Assembly (NCBI GenBank): GCA_963791285.1
Contig: CAWBSC010000024.1
Location: 286,578 to 350,577, forward strand
From: an uncultured delta proteobacterium
GTDB taxonomy: Bacteria > Desulfobacterota > Desulfobacteria > Desulfobacterales > SpSt-501
DNA length: 64,000 nucleotides
Direction of reading: 5' to 3'
Below the pieces are notes generated by a model that saw nothing but the letters and a program-made list of their open reading frames with translations, was not told the origin of the DNA and searched no databases. The translations under genes were made by a program, and so were the position numbers. This document shows, piece after piece, positions 43,464 to 53,320 of this stretch (the stretch's first letter is position 1; each line of letters begins with the position of its first letter).

Positions 43464-43787
43464 ATGGAAAAACATGCCAGATTGGTTTTTGCCGTACTGT
43501 TTTCCTTTTTCATCGCAGCTGCTATGCCCATCGCCTCCCAGGCTCAATCCAAGGAAGACAAAGAATTCATGAAAAAGCACGCCCAGGAGATGGCGCTTTT
43601 TATGGAAAAGTGTTCCAAATGCCATGGCCTCGAGCGCGTTTTAGGAAAAAACAGATCGCCTGAAGAGTGGAACAAAACCATGAAAGTCATGGCCGGCAAG
43701 CCGCATGCCGATATCAGCGAGGCCGATTTAAAGAAAATTGAAAAATGGGTTGATTTCTACCAATCAAGCGTAACGGTTTCCCCTTAA
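43464..43787 (+). CDS. exported monoheme c-type cytochrome
   Basis: signal peptide, CSKCH, downstream Met candidates; RBS AGGAGG. Confidence 0.8.
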   Translation: MEKHARLVFAVLFSFFIAAAMPIASQAQSKEDKEFMKKHAQEMALFMEKCSKCHGLERVLGKNRSPEEWNKTMKVMAGKPHADISEADLKKIEKWVDFYQSSVTVSP

Positions 43788-44035
43788 CCGTAGGCTGACT
43801 ATTGCGATGGATAGAATCGGGGAGGTATAGCGACTGCTGAAATGCGATTCGATTGGCTACCCGGGATTGCCCGGTGTTCCCTTTGAGAATCTCGGTCGCG
43901 GTTTGACTGGCATGCAGCAGTCGCTAAGTTTGTTATAACAGGTCTCAGATCATTCTCGGATTAAATGCCGCTCTCGGTTTGCCCTCCCCCCACGCCTCAT
44001 TTTCGCCGAGTTTTTTTTTGCAATTTTCAGCGCAG

Positions 44036-45433
44036 TTATTGGCGTCCATGAGCCATCCAAAGGATTTCGGCTGGGTGGAGCACTTTGGTCGGGAGGAGCT
44101 GGTTGAACTGCAGCCGACAGCTCAGGCAGTCGGTTACGAGGATCTCCGGGTTCAACGCCTTTATTTTTTCGATCAGCCGACGGCCCAACTCGATCGAAGG
44201 CTGGTGGAAATCCCGTTTGAAGCCCATAACCCCCGCCAGTCCGCAGCAGTAGAGGTTGCCCCGGATCGCGTCCAGCTTCAGGCCTGGAATCAACCCTAAA
44301 AGTTCCATATACGGCTGTCCGAACTCCTGCTCACGTTGGTGGCACGGGGGGAAATAGACGGCGCGGGCCTGAATCGGGCCGAAGTCGGTCTTCAACTGAC
44401 CGGACGTGTGCAGGCGCCACAGATATTCGCCTAAATCGAAGGTTTTTTCGAGCAGCGCGACGCGTTTCAGGGGGTTGAGGGATGAAAAATAGCCGTGGTC
44501 TTTTAGAATATCTTTGTAGATGATTTTGTCGAAGGCGTCTATATGTCGCCCCTGCGCGTGTCCGGGCTTCGGCCTGGCCGGCACCTTGATGAACTTGGGG
44601 TCCGCACCAATCGACTCCTGGTATTCACGGGAGTAGTAGGCACCTTCGGGCAGCAGGTGTCTCAACATATAGCTGCACGTCGGGCATGAGCAGAGAATAT
44701 CAAAGCCGTCGGTTACGGCATCCGCTAACTGGTTCAGGTTGTGCCCGGCGAATTCCAGCGTGAGTTTTCGGTCGCCTTCAAGAAAGCTCGGCATCCCGCA
44801 GCACTTATGATCCGGGCAGTAGACGTGGATATCGTTGTGCCGGAGCACTTCAACAGTCGCTTTGGCCACCCCGGGGAAGAGATGCCGCGCCGTGCAGCCG
44901 GCAAAGTAGGCAACCTTTCGGCCGGTGGCCGGTGGGTCCGGCTTCTCGTGCAAGCCCTGCTCGTGCGCCCACTCCCGAAAGCTCTCCGCGGGGAATTCCG
45001 GCAGCTTGCGGTCCCGGTGAATGCCGACCGCCTCCTTGATCACCCCGCCCGCCACCTTACTGCGCAGCAGCCGATTGATGAGGCTGGGAATGACCCCGCA
45101 CAGCCTCCCGATGCGCTCCACGTCCTCAACGGTGCGCACGCCGAACTTCAACCCTTCACGTTCGACGAACTGAGTCTTGGCCCGGATGATGTCCGCACGG
45201 ATATTGGGGCATGGGCACAGCGCGCAGAAGTTGCACTTTTCCACCAGACCGCGCAGCTCTGTGGACGAAATTTTCTGCTTGGTCTCGGTCTCCTGGTCGA
45301 AGAGCCGGTAAAGTTCGGGAAAGAACAGGCACGACTCGTCCATGATGGGCCGGCAGCAGTCGCAGTCGGCGCAGTCCATCACGATCTTGCGGGCAATGCG
45401 CTCGGGGACGCTTTTGTTTTCAGGCATATCCAT
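44036..45433 (-). CDS. GlpC/HdrD-like Fe-S protein with CCG domains
   Basis: CADCDCC, CNFCALCPCP, FAGC, CCGMP, CPTC, CCGLAG, DCLSC. Confidence 0.85.
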   Translation of the reverse strand: MDMPENKSVPERIARKIVMDCADCDCCRPIMDESCLFFPELYRLFDQETETKQKISSTELRGLVEKCNFCALCPCPNIRADIIRAKTQFVEREGLKFGVRTVEDVERIGRLCGVIPSLINRLLRSKVAGGVIKEAVGIHRDRKLPEFPAESFREWAHEQGLHEKPDPPATGRKVAYFAGCTARHLFPGVAKATVEVLRHNDIHVYCPDHKCCGMPSFLEGDRKLTLEFAGHNLNQLADAVTDGFDILCSCPTCSYMLRHLLPEGAYYSREYQESIGADPKFIKVPARPKPGHAQGRHIDAFDKIIYKDILKDHGYFSSLNPLKRVALLEKTFDLGEYLWRLHTSGQLKTDFGPIQARAVYFPPCHQREQEFGQPYMELLGLIPGLKLDAIRGNLYCCGLAGVMGFKRDFHQPSIELGRRLIEKIKALNPEILVTDCLSCRLQFNQLLPTKVLHPAEILWMAHGRQ

Positions 45434-45470
45434 TTGCCGCAAGCAACTCGGTTTCTACAGATTAAAATGT

Positions 45471-45519
45471 TGTAGGAGCGGCATCCCGGCCGCGATGATC
45501 GGGGCTGGAAGCCACTCCC
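45471..45519. repeat. REP/REPIN-like element (family B, copy 1)
   Basis: TGTAGGAGCGGCAT...GCCGCGAT...GGCTGGAAGCCACTCCC. Confidence 0.75.
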
Positions 45520-45571
45520 CTCAAAAGCAAAATTGGCACTTAGAAAATCCTCAATCGCTGTTCGAAAAGTC

Positions 45572-45699
45572 TGACGGCTTCGCAGAAAGCTTCAAATTCA
45601 AGGCGCGCGAACGCCGGGTTGTGAGGCGTACACGGAGTACGCCGCGGCAATACCGGCGTGAAGTGCAACGCAGAAGTTGAGCTTTATGCGAAGCCGTCA
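45572..45699. mobile_element. MITE-like element (family A, copy 2), 128 bp with ~23-bp imperfect TIRs
   Basis: TGACGGCTTCGCAGAAAGCTTCAA ... TTGAGCTTTATGCGAAGCCGTCA; right end overlaps the acr3 stop codon. Confidence 0.75.
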
Positions 45700-46788
45700 T
45701 GGTTTGCAGGTCACGTGACACACCCCCGTCGGCCCCTGGACCGCATGGGGGAAGTAGCGGCGCTTGAACCAGAAGGCCACATTGACGAGCGCGATCAGTA
45801 CCGGCACTTCGACCAACGGGCCGATGACCGCCGCGAAGGCTTCGCCCGAGTCGATGCCGAACACGGCTACGGCCACGGCGATCGCGAGCTCGAAGTTGTT
45901 GGAGGCCGCGGTGAAGCTCAGGGTCGCGGACTGTTCGTAGGTCGCCCCCGCCTTCATGGAAAGAAAAAAGGAGACGAAGAACATGACCACAAAATAAATG
46001 CACAACGGAACGGCTATCCGCACGACATCTAACGGCAATTGGACAATGTATTCTCCTTTCAAGGAAAACATGACCAGGATGGTGAACAGCAGCGCAATCA
46101 GGGTGATGGGGCTGATTTTAGGAATGAACCTCTGTTCGTACCAATCCTTGCCCTTGGTCTTGAGCCCGATGAAGCGCGAGATCATCCCGGCAATGAACGG
46201 GATGCCAAGGTAGATGAACACACTTTCGGCAATCTGCCCGATGGAGATGTCCACCACCATCCCCTTCATGCCGAGCCATTGGGGCAGGACGGTAATGAAG
46301 ACGTAGGCGTACACCGAGAAAAAGAGCACCTGGAAGATGGAGTTGAAGGCGACCAGCCCGGCGCAGTATTCGCGGTCGCCGGCCGCCAGGTCGTTCCAGA
46401 CGATCACCATGGCAATGCAGCGGGCGAGGCCGATGAGGATGAGGCCCACCATGTACTCGTGGTGGCCCGACAGGAACAGCACGGCGAGCAGGAACATCAG
46501 GATCGGGCCGATGATCCAGTTCTGGACTAGCGACAGGGCGAGGACCTTGACGTTGCGGAACACCTGGGGCAACTGCTCGTACCTGACCTTGGCCAGCGGA
46601 GGGTACATCATCAGGATCAGGCCGACGGCGATCGGGATGTTGGTGGTGCCGACCTGGAAATAGTTGATCGCCTCGCGGATGCCGGGGAACAGGTAACCCC
46701 ACAGCACACCCACAAACATGGCGAGGAAAATCCAGAGGGTCAGGAATCGGTCCAGAAAGGACAGGCGTTTGGCAGCAGACTCACTCAT
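45697..46788 (-). CDS. acr3: ACR3 family arsenite efflux transporter
   Basis: [40 protein letters not shown]. Confidence 0.95.
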   Translation of the reverse strand: MSESAAKRLSFLDRFLTLWIFLAMFVGVLWGYLFPGIREAINYFQVGTTNIPIAVGLILMMYPPLAKVRYEQLPQVFRNVKVLALSLVQNWIIGPILMFLLAVLFLSGHHEYMVGLILIGLARCIAMVIVWNDLAAGDREYCAGLVAFNSIFQVLFFSVYAYVFITVLPQWLGMKGMVVDISIGQIAESVFIYLGIPFIAGMISRFIGLKTKGKDWYEQRFIPKISPITLIALLFTILVMFSLKGEYIVQLPLDVVRIAVPLCIYFVVMFFVSFFLSMKAGATYEQSATLSFTAASNNFELAIAVAVAVFGIDSGEAFAAVIGPLVEVPVLIALVNVAFWFKRRYFPHAVQGPTGVCHVTCKP

Positions 46789-46818
46789 GCGACGATCTCC
46801 CTGGTGTGCAGTTTTCGT

Positions 46819-47205
46819 CTAAGAGGTGACTCTTCGTCTGCGCCGGCTGGATTGCCGCTCGCAGAGCACTTGACGGTCGGTTCCCATAATCTTGTTCATC
46901 CGCAGCGCGTCCTTCTGAATGCGCGGGTCTTCATTTAGGGCTCGCCGAACCCACAACAGCGCGCGGCGAACCATGGGGGCAGCGGCCCTCCCCGGTAACC
47001 GGTAATACATCCATCGCCCTTTTTTTTGACCGACCGCCAGCCCGGCTTGTTTGAGGATTAACAGATGTTTCGAAACGGTCGAAGGGGCAAGGTGCAGCAA
47101 CTCGATCAGCTGGCAGACGCAAATTTCCTGATCTCCCAACGATAGCAGCGCACGCACACGGTTTTCGTCTGAAAGAGCGCGAGTGATGGCCAAAAGGGAG
47201 TGCAC
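46819..47205 (-). CDS. arsR: ArsR family repressor
   Basis: ALSDENRVR...ICVCQL; close paralog of the gene at 38578. Confidence 0.9.
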   Translation of the reverse strand: MHSLLAITRALSDENRVRALLSLGDQEICVCQLIELLHLAPSTVSKHLLILKQAGLAVGQKKGRWMYYRLPGRAAAPMVRRALLWVRRALNEDPRIQKDALRMNKIMGTDRQVLCERQSSRRRRRVTS

Positions 47206-47217
47206 GGGTTTATCTCC

Positions 47218-47263
47218 ATTTCGTTGTAAGACGAAATATAGCAGTGAGTCGTCCGGAGCTCAA
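47218..47263 (-). promoter_or_regulatory. sigma70 promoter and ArsR operator
   Basis: minus strand TTGAGC-17-TATATT; perfect ATTTCGT-N6-ACGAAAT palindrome at 47218-47237. Confidence 0.75.
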
Positions 47264-47354
47264 GGTCTGAATCTGGAAAGTTATGGATCGTCCGATTGGG
47301 GAATCGAGCGCTGCTGCGGGGGAGTAGACCGTCAACCCGCACCGTTCGCGCGGG

Positions 47355-48704
47355 TTAGAAATAGTAGCGTACCCTGAATTCCAGGCGGGCGTCGTTGGGT
47401 TTCTCGCCAAAATCGCTGAAGCGATCGCCGACCAGAACGGTGCCCCTGAGCCGCAGCTCGAGGTTGGTTATGCCGGTGTAGAGCAGCTCCGGTGAGATTG
47501 AGAAGCTGCGGTCATCAAGGTTTAGGATCGTGGTGAGCGCCGGGGTGAAATAGAGAATGTCGTAAGGCTCTTTCTGGCTGACCCGAAAGTAGAGATAATC
47601 CCGCATGGGGTTGGACGCGCCGTAGCCGCCCTGGGTGAGATTCGCGGCTTTCTGGATCGGGCCGGCGTTGCCCGTATCCACGTAGATGTCATAGGCCCGG
47701 TCGACAAACGTGTAAAAGCTTTTGGCCTCCGATTCGCCGTACCCAGCGCCATTGTGGTAATATTCGAGGATATAGGTGGTATCGATGCTGCTCAGGTACC
47801 GAAGCCCCACCAAGGCGCTCCAGGCGTCTATCTCGGCCTCGGAGACCCTGCCGGAATCATCGACCCTTTTTTGGCGGAAATCATCGATCCAGGCCGATTC
47901 CCCGTGAATTTCCAGATTGGTTGTGATGTTGCGGGAGAAGTCGAACCCATATCGGCCGGGACGGCTGCCTTTCGTCAGGAACATGAGGTCGATGTCCGTG
48001 TCCCACAGCAGGAAATAGGCTTTGGCCGCAGCATTGACGTGCCCGGATTCGCCGAAGTCCTGGTTCAATCCGTGGTCCACCGGCAGCAGGAGCGGCGAAA
48101 AAGAAAAGGTTTTCAGAGGCCCGTCAAGGCTGCGGATGTAATCGAACCCGGCCATATAGTAGCCTTCCAAGTTGAGCGTGGGGTCGTCGGAATTCTTGGG
48201 GCGGTCAACGAAAGCGACCGGATTCCAGGCGTATCCCTTGCCCCATTTTGCAGTCATCTTCCCGGCGGCGGCTGTGAGCGACGGCGAGGGCTTAACGGAT
48301 AGGAAGGCTTCATATGGTTTGGAGTCGTCTGACCAACCGTCATAGGTGTAGTTCAGCGTGTTGTTGATCCGAGTAAACGCTTTGAAGATGTTCCATTCGA
48401 GCCCGGCGTCGAACTGCAGGGTGAAATCGTACTCTCCCTGCGGGTTGCTCACGTTGCGGTCGTAAAACCGGGTTTTGTAAAGCGCGGCGTCCCGGTCCAG
48501 GGCGAACAGGGTCGGCTTTGCTTCCAGGTAGCCGCCGAACGAATAAGGCTTTTTATCGGTTTCCGAAGTGTCGAAGGCGTAGTCGTCCGCAGCGCCGGCC
48601 GGCCTTGGCATCAACACAGCGGCGAATAGAAGCAGAACGCCCATCGCGCGCCATGCCCGCGAAGATCGCCTGTTGTTCCGATCTGTTTCAGTCGGCCGAT
48701 TCAC
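47355..48704 (-). CDS. putative outer-membrane beta-barrel protein (start uncertain)
   Basis: signal peptide, KWGKGYAWNP, aromatic-rich strands, C-terminal RYYF. Confidence 0.7.
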   Translation of the reverse strand: MNRPTETDRNNRRSSRAWRAMGVLLLFAAVLMPRPAGAADDYAFDTSETDKKPYSFGGYLEAKPTLFALDRDAALYKTRFYDRNVSNPQGEYDFTLQFDAGLEWNIFKAFTRINNTLNYTYDGWSDDSKPYEAFLSVKPSPSLTAAAGKMTAKWGKGYAWNPVAFVDRPKNSDDPTLNLEGYYMAGFDYIRSLDGPLKTFSFSPLLLPVDHGLNQDFGESGHVNAAAKAYFLLWDTDIDLMFLTKGSRPGRYGFDFSRNITTNLEIHGESAWIDDFRQKRVDDSGRVSEAEIDAWSALVGLRYLSSIDTTYILEYYHNGAGYGESEAKSFYTFVDRAYDIYVDTGNAGPIQKAANLTQGGYGASNPMRDYLYFRVSQKEPYDILYFTPALTTILNLDDRSFSISPELLYTGITNLELRLRGTVLVGDRFSDFGEKPNDARLEFRVRYYF

Positions 48705-48760
48705 ATACCCGTCCAAACGATTATCCCAAAATGGTATTGCGTTGAGGTGAGCTTTTGCTC

Positions 48761-48813
48761 TGTGGGAGCGGCATCTTGCCGCGACGCTATCGTGGCTGGA
48801 AGCCACTCCCACA
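48761..48813. repeat. REP/REPIN-like element (family B, copy 2)
   Basis: TGTGGGAGCGGCATCTTGCCGCGA...GGCTGGAAGCCACTCCCACA. Confidence 0.75.
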
Positions 48814-48905
48814 ATTGTAAACGCTACGGCTGATAGAATGGCGCAGCGCTCCATATCCTGCTTTTTATGCAAACCATAGAAAGCGGTTTCACCCAGTGAA
48901 ACCGC

Positions 48906-49634
48906 TTAGCGCAAGGACTCGATGTTGGGCATATAGGTGAGGGTGAAGACCTCGTCGGCCAATTCCGTCGCTTTGAGCTTCGCGAAGATCATGACCGACT
49001 TGTAGCCTTTGTAGAGGGGGCTGTCGGTCTCGATGACGGCCGGCCGGACGAAGCCGCCGCCGAAGTCCTGGATGTCCTTGAAGTAGAGGGTTTTGATGAG
49101 CATGCCGGCCTCGGTTTTGCACTCGATCTGCGTGGGCACGACCTTTTCGCGATCCACCCACATTTTCAACCGGTCGTAGGCCACGGTCTTGGTTTTGGCC
49201 TTGAGGTCGAGCACGTATTCCTTCTCCAGCTCCTCCACCCCTGCTACGTCATATTCGTCGCTATAATCCAGCGCCAGGATGTCGGCGTTGTTGAACACCC
49301 CGCCCACCACGGACTGCAGGCTCGTGATGCGCACGGGTTTCCCGACGTTCGGGATGTAGAGCCACATGTTGTCCCCCAGCCGCAGCGTGCTGCGGCCCTT
49401 CTCGCTCGCCGGCGAGAGAAACACCCCGGCCACCATGTCCTTTCCCTTTTTCACGGTGAACAGGACGTATTCCTTTTTGGCGCCGTTGGGCTCGATGTTG
49501 ATCAGTTTGCGGTAGAGCTCATAGGCGGCCGGCGCCAGGTTACGGTCCACCTTTTCGAGGATCTGAGCCCCATCCGCCGCGTAAGCGCTCGCAGCGCCGG
49601 CAAGCGAAATCAGTAAACATATAAGCTTGAGCAT
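48906..49634 (-). CDS. LolA-like outer membrane lipoprotein-sorting protein
   Basis: signal peptide, SPASEKG..LRLGDNMWLYIP. Confidence 0.8.
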   Translation of the reverse strand: MLKLICLLISLAGAASAYAADGAQILEKVDRNLAPAAYELYRKLINIEPNGAKKEYVLFTVKKGKDMVAGVFLSPASEKGRSTLRLGDNMWLYIPNVGKPVRITSLQSVVGGVFNNADILALDYSDEYDVAGVEELEKEYVLDLKAKTKTVAYDRLKMWVDREKVVPTQIECKTEAGMLIKTLYFKDIQDFGGGFVRPAVIETDSPLYKGYKSVMIFAKLKATELADEVFTLTYMPNIESLR

Positions 49635-49719
49635 TTGAATCTTCCTTTCCCACAGTAAACCCGACTTCTGGCATCATTGACAGATGCAAGCTGCCGAACA
49701 TCTCTTTGTTCATAATCCT

Positions 49720-50958
49720 CTATACGTGGCCTAAAGCCTGGATCGGATCCATGCGTGCGGCCTTAAAGGACGGCTGCAGGCTGGCCGCCACCGCGACGAC
49801 GATCACAATGCCCACCACGGTCAGAAGGTCTGCGGGGTTCAGCCGCACGGACAACAGCAGGCCGGTCTGCTGGCCGAAATCGAAGGTGATTTTCGAAAGG
49901 TTGAGGACGAATACGACCGCCACGCTCAGCAGGGCGCCGGCAACGGCGCCGAGGGCCCCCAGCAGAAACCCCTCGACCAGGAAGAGGGACAGAATTCGGC
50001 GCGGCGGCGTGCCCATGGCGGCGATGGTCCCGATCTCCCGCACGCGTTCGTAAACTGCCATGATCATCACGTTCATGATGCTGACCAGGACGATGGCGAC
50101 CAGCATGGCCTTGATGAAGATGGTCATCAGGTCGATCATGCGCGCGATGTTGTAGAAGGGCGAGAGCTTCTCCCAGGTATGAACCTCGAAGGCGGGCTGG
50201 CCCGCAGGGTTTTTCTCCTGCGCGAGGCGGCCTTCGATATCCTTGAACACGGACTGGAGGCGGCCGAAATCCTTCAGCCGCACGGCGATTTCGCTGATTT
50301 CCATCTCTTCCATCCGCAGCAGATCCGCGGCGTCCTCGATGTGCACGTACCCGTCGCGACCGCCGGGGCCGGTGACGCCCTCGAGGATCCCGCCGACCAC
50401 AAACTGCTTGCCGTTCACGGAACCGTCCTTGTTGGTGGCGATGATGACGACCGGGTCGCCCACCTTGACCTTCATTCCCCGGGCGAGGAGCTCGGGTACC
50501 AGGATTTTGCCTTTGAGAATGGCTTTCTCTCCGTCCAGCACCCGCGACAAGAGCAGCGGAGAGGTCCTGGTTTCCTTATCCGGTTCCACCCCGTTCAGGC
50601 GGATGTTGGTGGTCTCGGTGAAGTTGCTGAACATGCCGCCCAGTTTGATGCGCGGCGAGTAGGCTTCCACGCCGGGCGTGTCCTTGAGGATGGACTCGAT
50701 CTTGCCGTACGCGTGGAGCTTGAGGTTCATGTTCAACGGCAGGGTGTCGATGGCGGCCAGATACCCCTTGCGGTGGATCTGCATATGGCCGATGTAAGAG
50801 TCTGTGATTTGCCCGATCATCATGCTTTTGAACGAGTCGGTCACCCCGATGAACACCGCGACAAACACGACCCCGATGACGATCAACCCCAGGGTGAGGA
50901 GGGTCCGGCGCTTGTAGCGCATGAGGTTGCGCGCCGCGATTTTTAACAGGTTAGCCAT
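49720..50958 (-). CDS. LolC/E-MacB/FtsX-type ABC permease
   Basis: RNLMRYKRRT, ERVREIGTIAAMG, AARMDPIQAL. Confidence 0.9.
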   Translation of the reverse strand: MANLLKIAARNLMRYKRRTLLTLGLIVIGVVFVAVFIGVTDSFKSMMIGQITDSYIGHMQIHRKGYLAAIDTLPLNMNLKLHAYGKIESILKDTPGVEAYSPRIKLGGMFSNFTETTNIRLNGVEPDKETRTSPLLLSRVLDGEKAILKGKILVPELLARGMKVKVGDPVVIIATNKDGSVNGKQFVVGGILEGVTGPGGRDGYVHIEDAADLLRMEEMEISEIAVRLKDFGRLQSVFKDIEGRLAQEKNPAGQPAFEVHTWEKLSPFYNIARMIDLMTIFIKAMLVAIVLVSIMNVMIMAVYERVREIGTIAAMGTPPRRILSLFLVEGFLLGALGAVAGALLSVAVVFVLNLSKITFDFGQQTGLLLSVRLNPADLLTVVGIVIVVAVAASLQPSFKAARMDPIQALGHV

Positions 50959-51649
50959 GCCGCAATCCTCCCCCGTCGGTTTTTAGAGTACCGTCTTCGA
51001 GTCGGAAGACGGATTCCACCTCGCCGATGATCCGGGCATCGTGGGTCGAGAACACAAAGGTGGTCTGCAGCTTGTCACGGATCGCCTTCATCAGGCGGAT
51101 GATCGTCATCGCCGTGTCATGGTCCAGGTTGGCGGTAGGCTCGTCCGCCAGAACCAGCTCCGGCTTGGTCACAAGCGCCCGCGCGATGGCCACCCGCTGC
51201 TTCTGGCCCCCTGAAAGCTGATCCGGCTTTTTGCTTCGATGGTCGGTCATCCCAACGGCGTCCAGCAGCTCATCCACCGCTTCGCGCCGTCTCCCGGCCG
51301 GGACATTTTGAACCATGACGAGCGGGTATTCCACGTTTTCGAAAACCGTCAGCACCGGAATCAGGTTGAAGCTTTGGAAGATGAAGCCGATGTGCTTACC
51401 CCTGAAGAGTGCAGCGTCGGTGCTGTCCAGCGAGCCGACCTCCATCCCCGCTACCAGGAGCTGCCCACTCGAAGGTTTATCCAGGCATCCTACGAGGTTC
51501 AGAAGAGTGGTCTTGCCGCTGCCTGAAGGCCCTACAAAGGAAACAAAAGCCCCAGACGGTATCGAGAAGCTAAGCCCCCTCAATGCCGAGGTTATGACCT
51601 CCCCCGTCCGGTACGTCTTGCTAAGATTTTCTGCACGTATCAAGTCCAA
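50951..51649 (-). CDS. LolD-type ABC ATP-binding protein
   Basis: GPSGSGKTT, LSGGQKQR, ADEPT; TTG start after GGAGG. Confidence 0.92.
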   Translation of the reverse strand: MDLIRAENLSKTYRTGEVITSALRGLSFSIPSGAFVSFVGPSGSGKTTLLNLVGCLDKPSSGQLLVAGMEVGSLDSTDAALFRGKHIGFIFQSFNLIPVLTVFENVEYPLVMVQNVPAGRRREAVDELLDAVGMTDHRSKKPDQLSGGQKQRVAIARALVTKPELVLADEPTANLDHDTAMTIIRLMKAIRDKLQTTFVFSTHDARIIGEVESVFRLEDGTLKTDGGGLRHG

Positions 51650-51920
51650 CCGATTTTCCTCCTGGGAAATTGTAAAACACCGTTTAAGGCCCGAGTGTCT
51701 GGATATAAAGTATGCAAGAGTGCTCTTGCCGACTGCATAATAAATATCCAATCAGAAAGAGGGGAAAAGCACATTCAGAATGGACCCATTTGATAGACAG
51801 AATCAAAGCATCTGCACGGCCGCCGCGGCAGTTGCGGGGATTTGAGGGGTGCATCCCATGCAATGTACAGCTGAAATCACTCCCTGCGGGGTGCACCCAC
51901 AAATGGTCGTCATTAAGATG

Positions 51921-51936
51921 AGCAAGCGTTGTGCCA
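51921..51936 (-). promoter_or_regulatory. sigma54 (-24/-12) promoter
   Basis: minus strand TGGCAC-AACGC-TTGCT, oriented toward the ABC operon. Confidence 0.75.
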
Positions 51937-51989
51937 GAGGGACAGTTGTATCCAATTCCGACCGGCAGGTAGTTTTCGCACAAAAAGCG

Positions 51990-52502
51990 CTACCTTTGCT
52001 TTTTGGGCTCGCCGGACTCCACCGGCAGACCCGCCTGCCGCCAGACGGTCCAGCCATTGACCAGCACCCGGGAGTTCGTAAAACCGGCGTCACGCAGGAA
52101 CAGCGCCAGGTCATGGCTCAGCTCGCAGGTTTCGCCGTCGCAATACGTGACGATCCGGGTCTCCAAGTCCAGGTCCTGGGTGGCGCCGATGAAGTTGCTG
52201 TCCACCTCCTGCCAAGGCAGGCTGCGGGCGCCTTGAATCCGGCCCTTGACGAAGTTGTCGAGCGAACGGGCGTCGATGAACACCGCCGCTTGGGTAATAA
52301 AGAGCTTCTCCGCTTCTTCCAGGGGGATGTCCATGCGCTCGCCGGTGGCGGTGGTCATGCGCGCGGCTGCCGAAAAGTCGCCAACCAAGGGCAGGCGGTC
52401 CGCCCGCAGGGCGTTGACCGCCAGCGCCACAGCTGCGCTGAAAACCACCAACACCGGGACCTGCCAGGCCGCCCGTTTCCAGGATGCGTTGGATTCGAAC
52501 AT
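51990..52502 (-). CDS. membrane-anchored rhodanese-domain protein
   Basis: TM segment, IDAR, GRIQGA, YCDGETCELS, NGWTVW. Confidence 0.85.
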   Translation of the reverse strand: MFESNASWKRAAWQVPVLVVFSAAVALAVNALRADRLPLVGDFSAAARMTTATGERMDIPLEEAEKLFITQAAVFIDARSLDNFVKGRIQGARSLPWQEVDSNFIGATQDLDLETRIVTYCDGETCELSHDLALFLRDAGFTNSRVLVNGWTVWRQAGLPVESGEPKKQR

Positions 52503-52572
52503 GACCACTTTCTTTTTCCAGGTTATGCAAAGGGGGTTAGGGGGATTTTCAACTCGACTTCCTGGGAAGACG

Positions 52573-53097
52573 TCAAGCGTCGAAGTTAAACCGGCCGAGG
52601 TAATCCTCCAACCGCTGTTTGGCTTCCGGCTTGAGCGGCGGGCAGTCTGCGGCGCCCTTGATCCCTTCGGCCGCCCGCGCAGCGAAAACCATGCAGGTCG
52701 GCTCTCCGCACTCGCGGCAGTTGGTGCGAGGCAGCAGCTTTAGAATTTCGATGACCAGGGGCTTGGGCGCTCCTTCGGTGCTGGGCGTGATATCCGCCCG
52801 CTGCTCCCAGGCCTGGTTGATTTCGCGTTTCAGCCATTCCAGAATTTTGTCCGCTTCCGCCTCGTCGTTTAAGGCGTTGATCGCGATCTCGCGGCCGTGA
52901 ACGGTGATCAAACGTCCGCGTGAGCGGAAGACCACGGCCGGGGGGTTTTTCAGGTATTCGAACCCCCCCAGTACAGCATTCAGATACGGCAGCGCATCCG
53001 ACACATCCTGGTCCAGGCTGGCGATGCAGTGCAGGGATTGGAATTGCGGGTTGCATTCCGCCCGGAATATTCTTTTTGTGTAGCTCTCCAACAGCAT
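52573..53097 (-). CDS. putative Fe-S cluster-binding protein
   Basis: LPYLNA; LPRTNCRECGEPTC...CP. Confidence 0.8.
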   Translation of the reverse strand: MLLESYTKRIFRAECNPQFQSLHCIASLDQDVSDALPYLNAVLGGFEYLKNPPAVVFRSRGRLITVHGREIAINALNDEAEADKILEWLKREINQAWEQRADITPSTEGAPKPLVIEILKLLPRTNCRECGEPTCMVFAARAAEGIKGAADCPPLKPEAKQRLEDYLGRFNFDA

Positions 53098-53112
53098 GAT
53101 GGCCCCCTCTTT

Positions 53113-53320
53113 TCACTTTTCGATTTCGAGGTCCGCGCTGCCCCTGCAGCACAAAAGGAAATCATGCCGCGCCGGCTCGCTTTCGGTGGCGGTCCCGAGG
53201 CCGTAATGGTTCTCCGGCAGGGCCGCCGCCCGAGAGCTCCCCAGCACCCCAGCGAAGAGAGGGCCGAGCAAACAGCTGCCGACTCACCAGCGTGCCTTTG
53301 TGGGGCAGGCGTCTCATCAT
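53113..53320 (-). pseudogene. remnant of an exported DUF1573-like (Ig-fold) protein
   Basis: broken signal peptide followed by LPENHYGLGTATESEPARHDFLL..RGSADLEIEK*. Confidence 0.4.
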
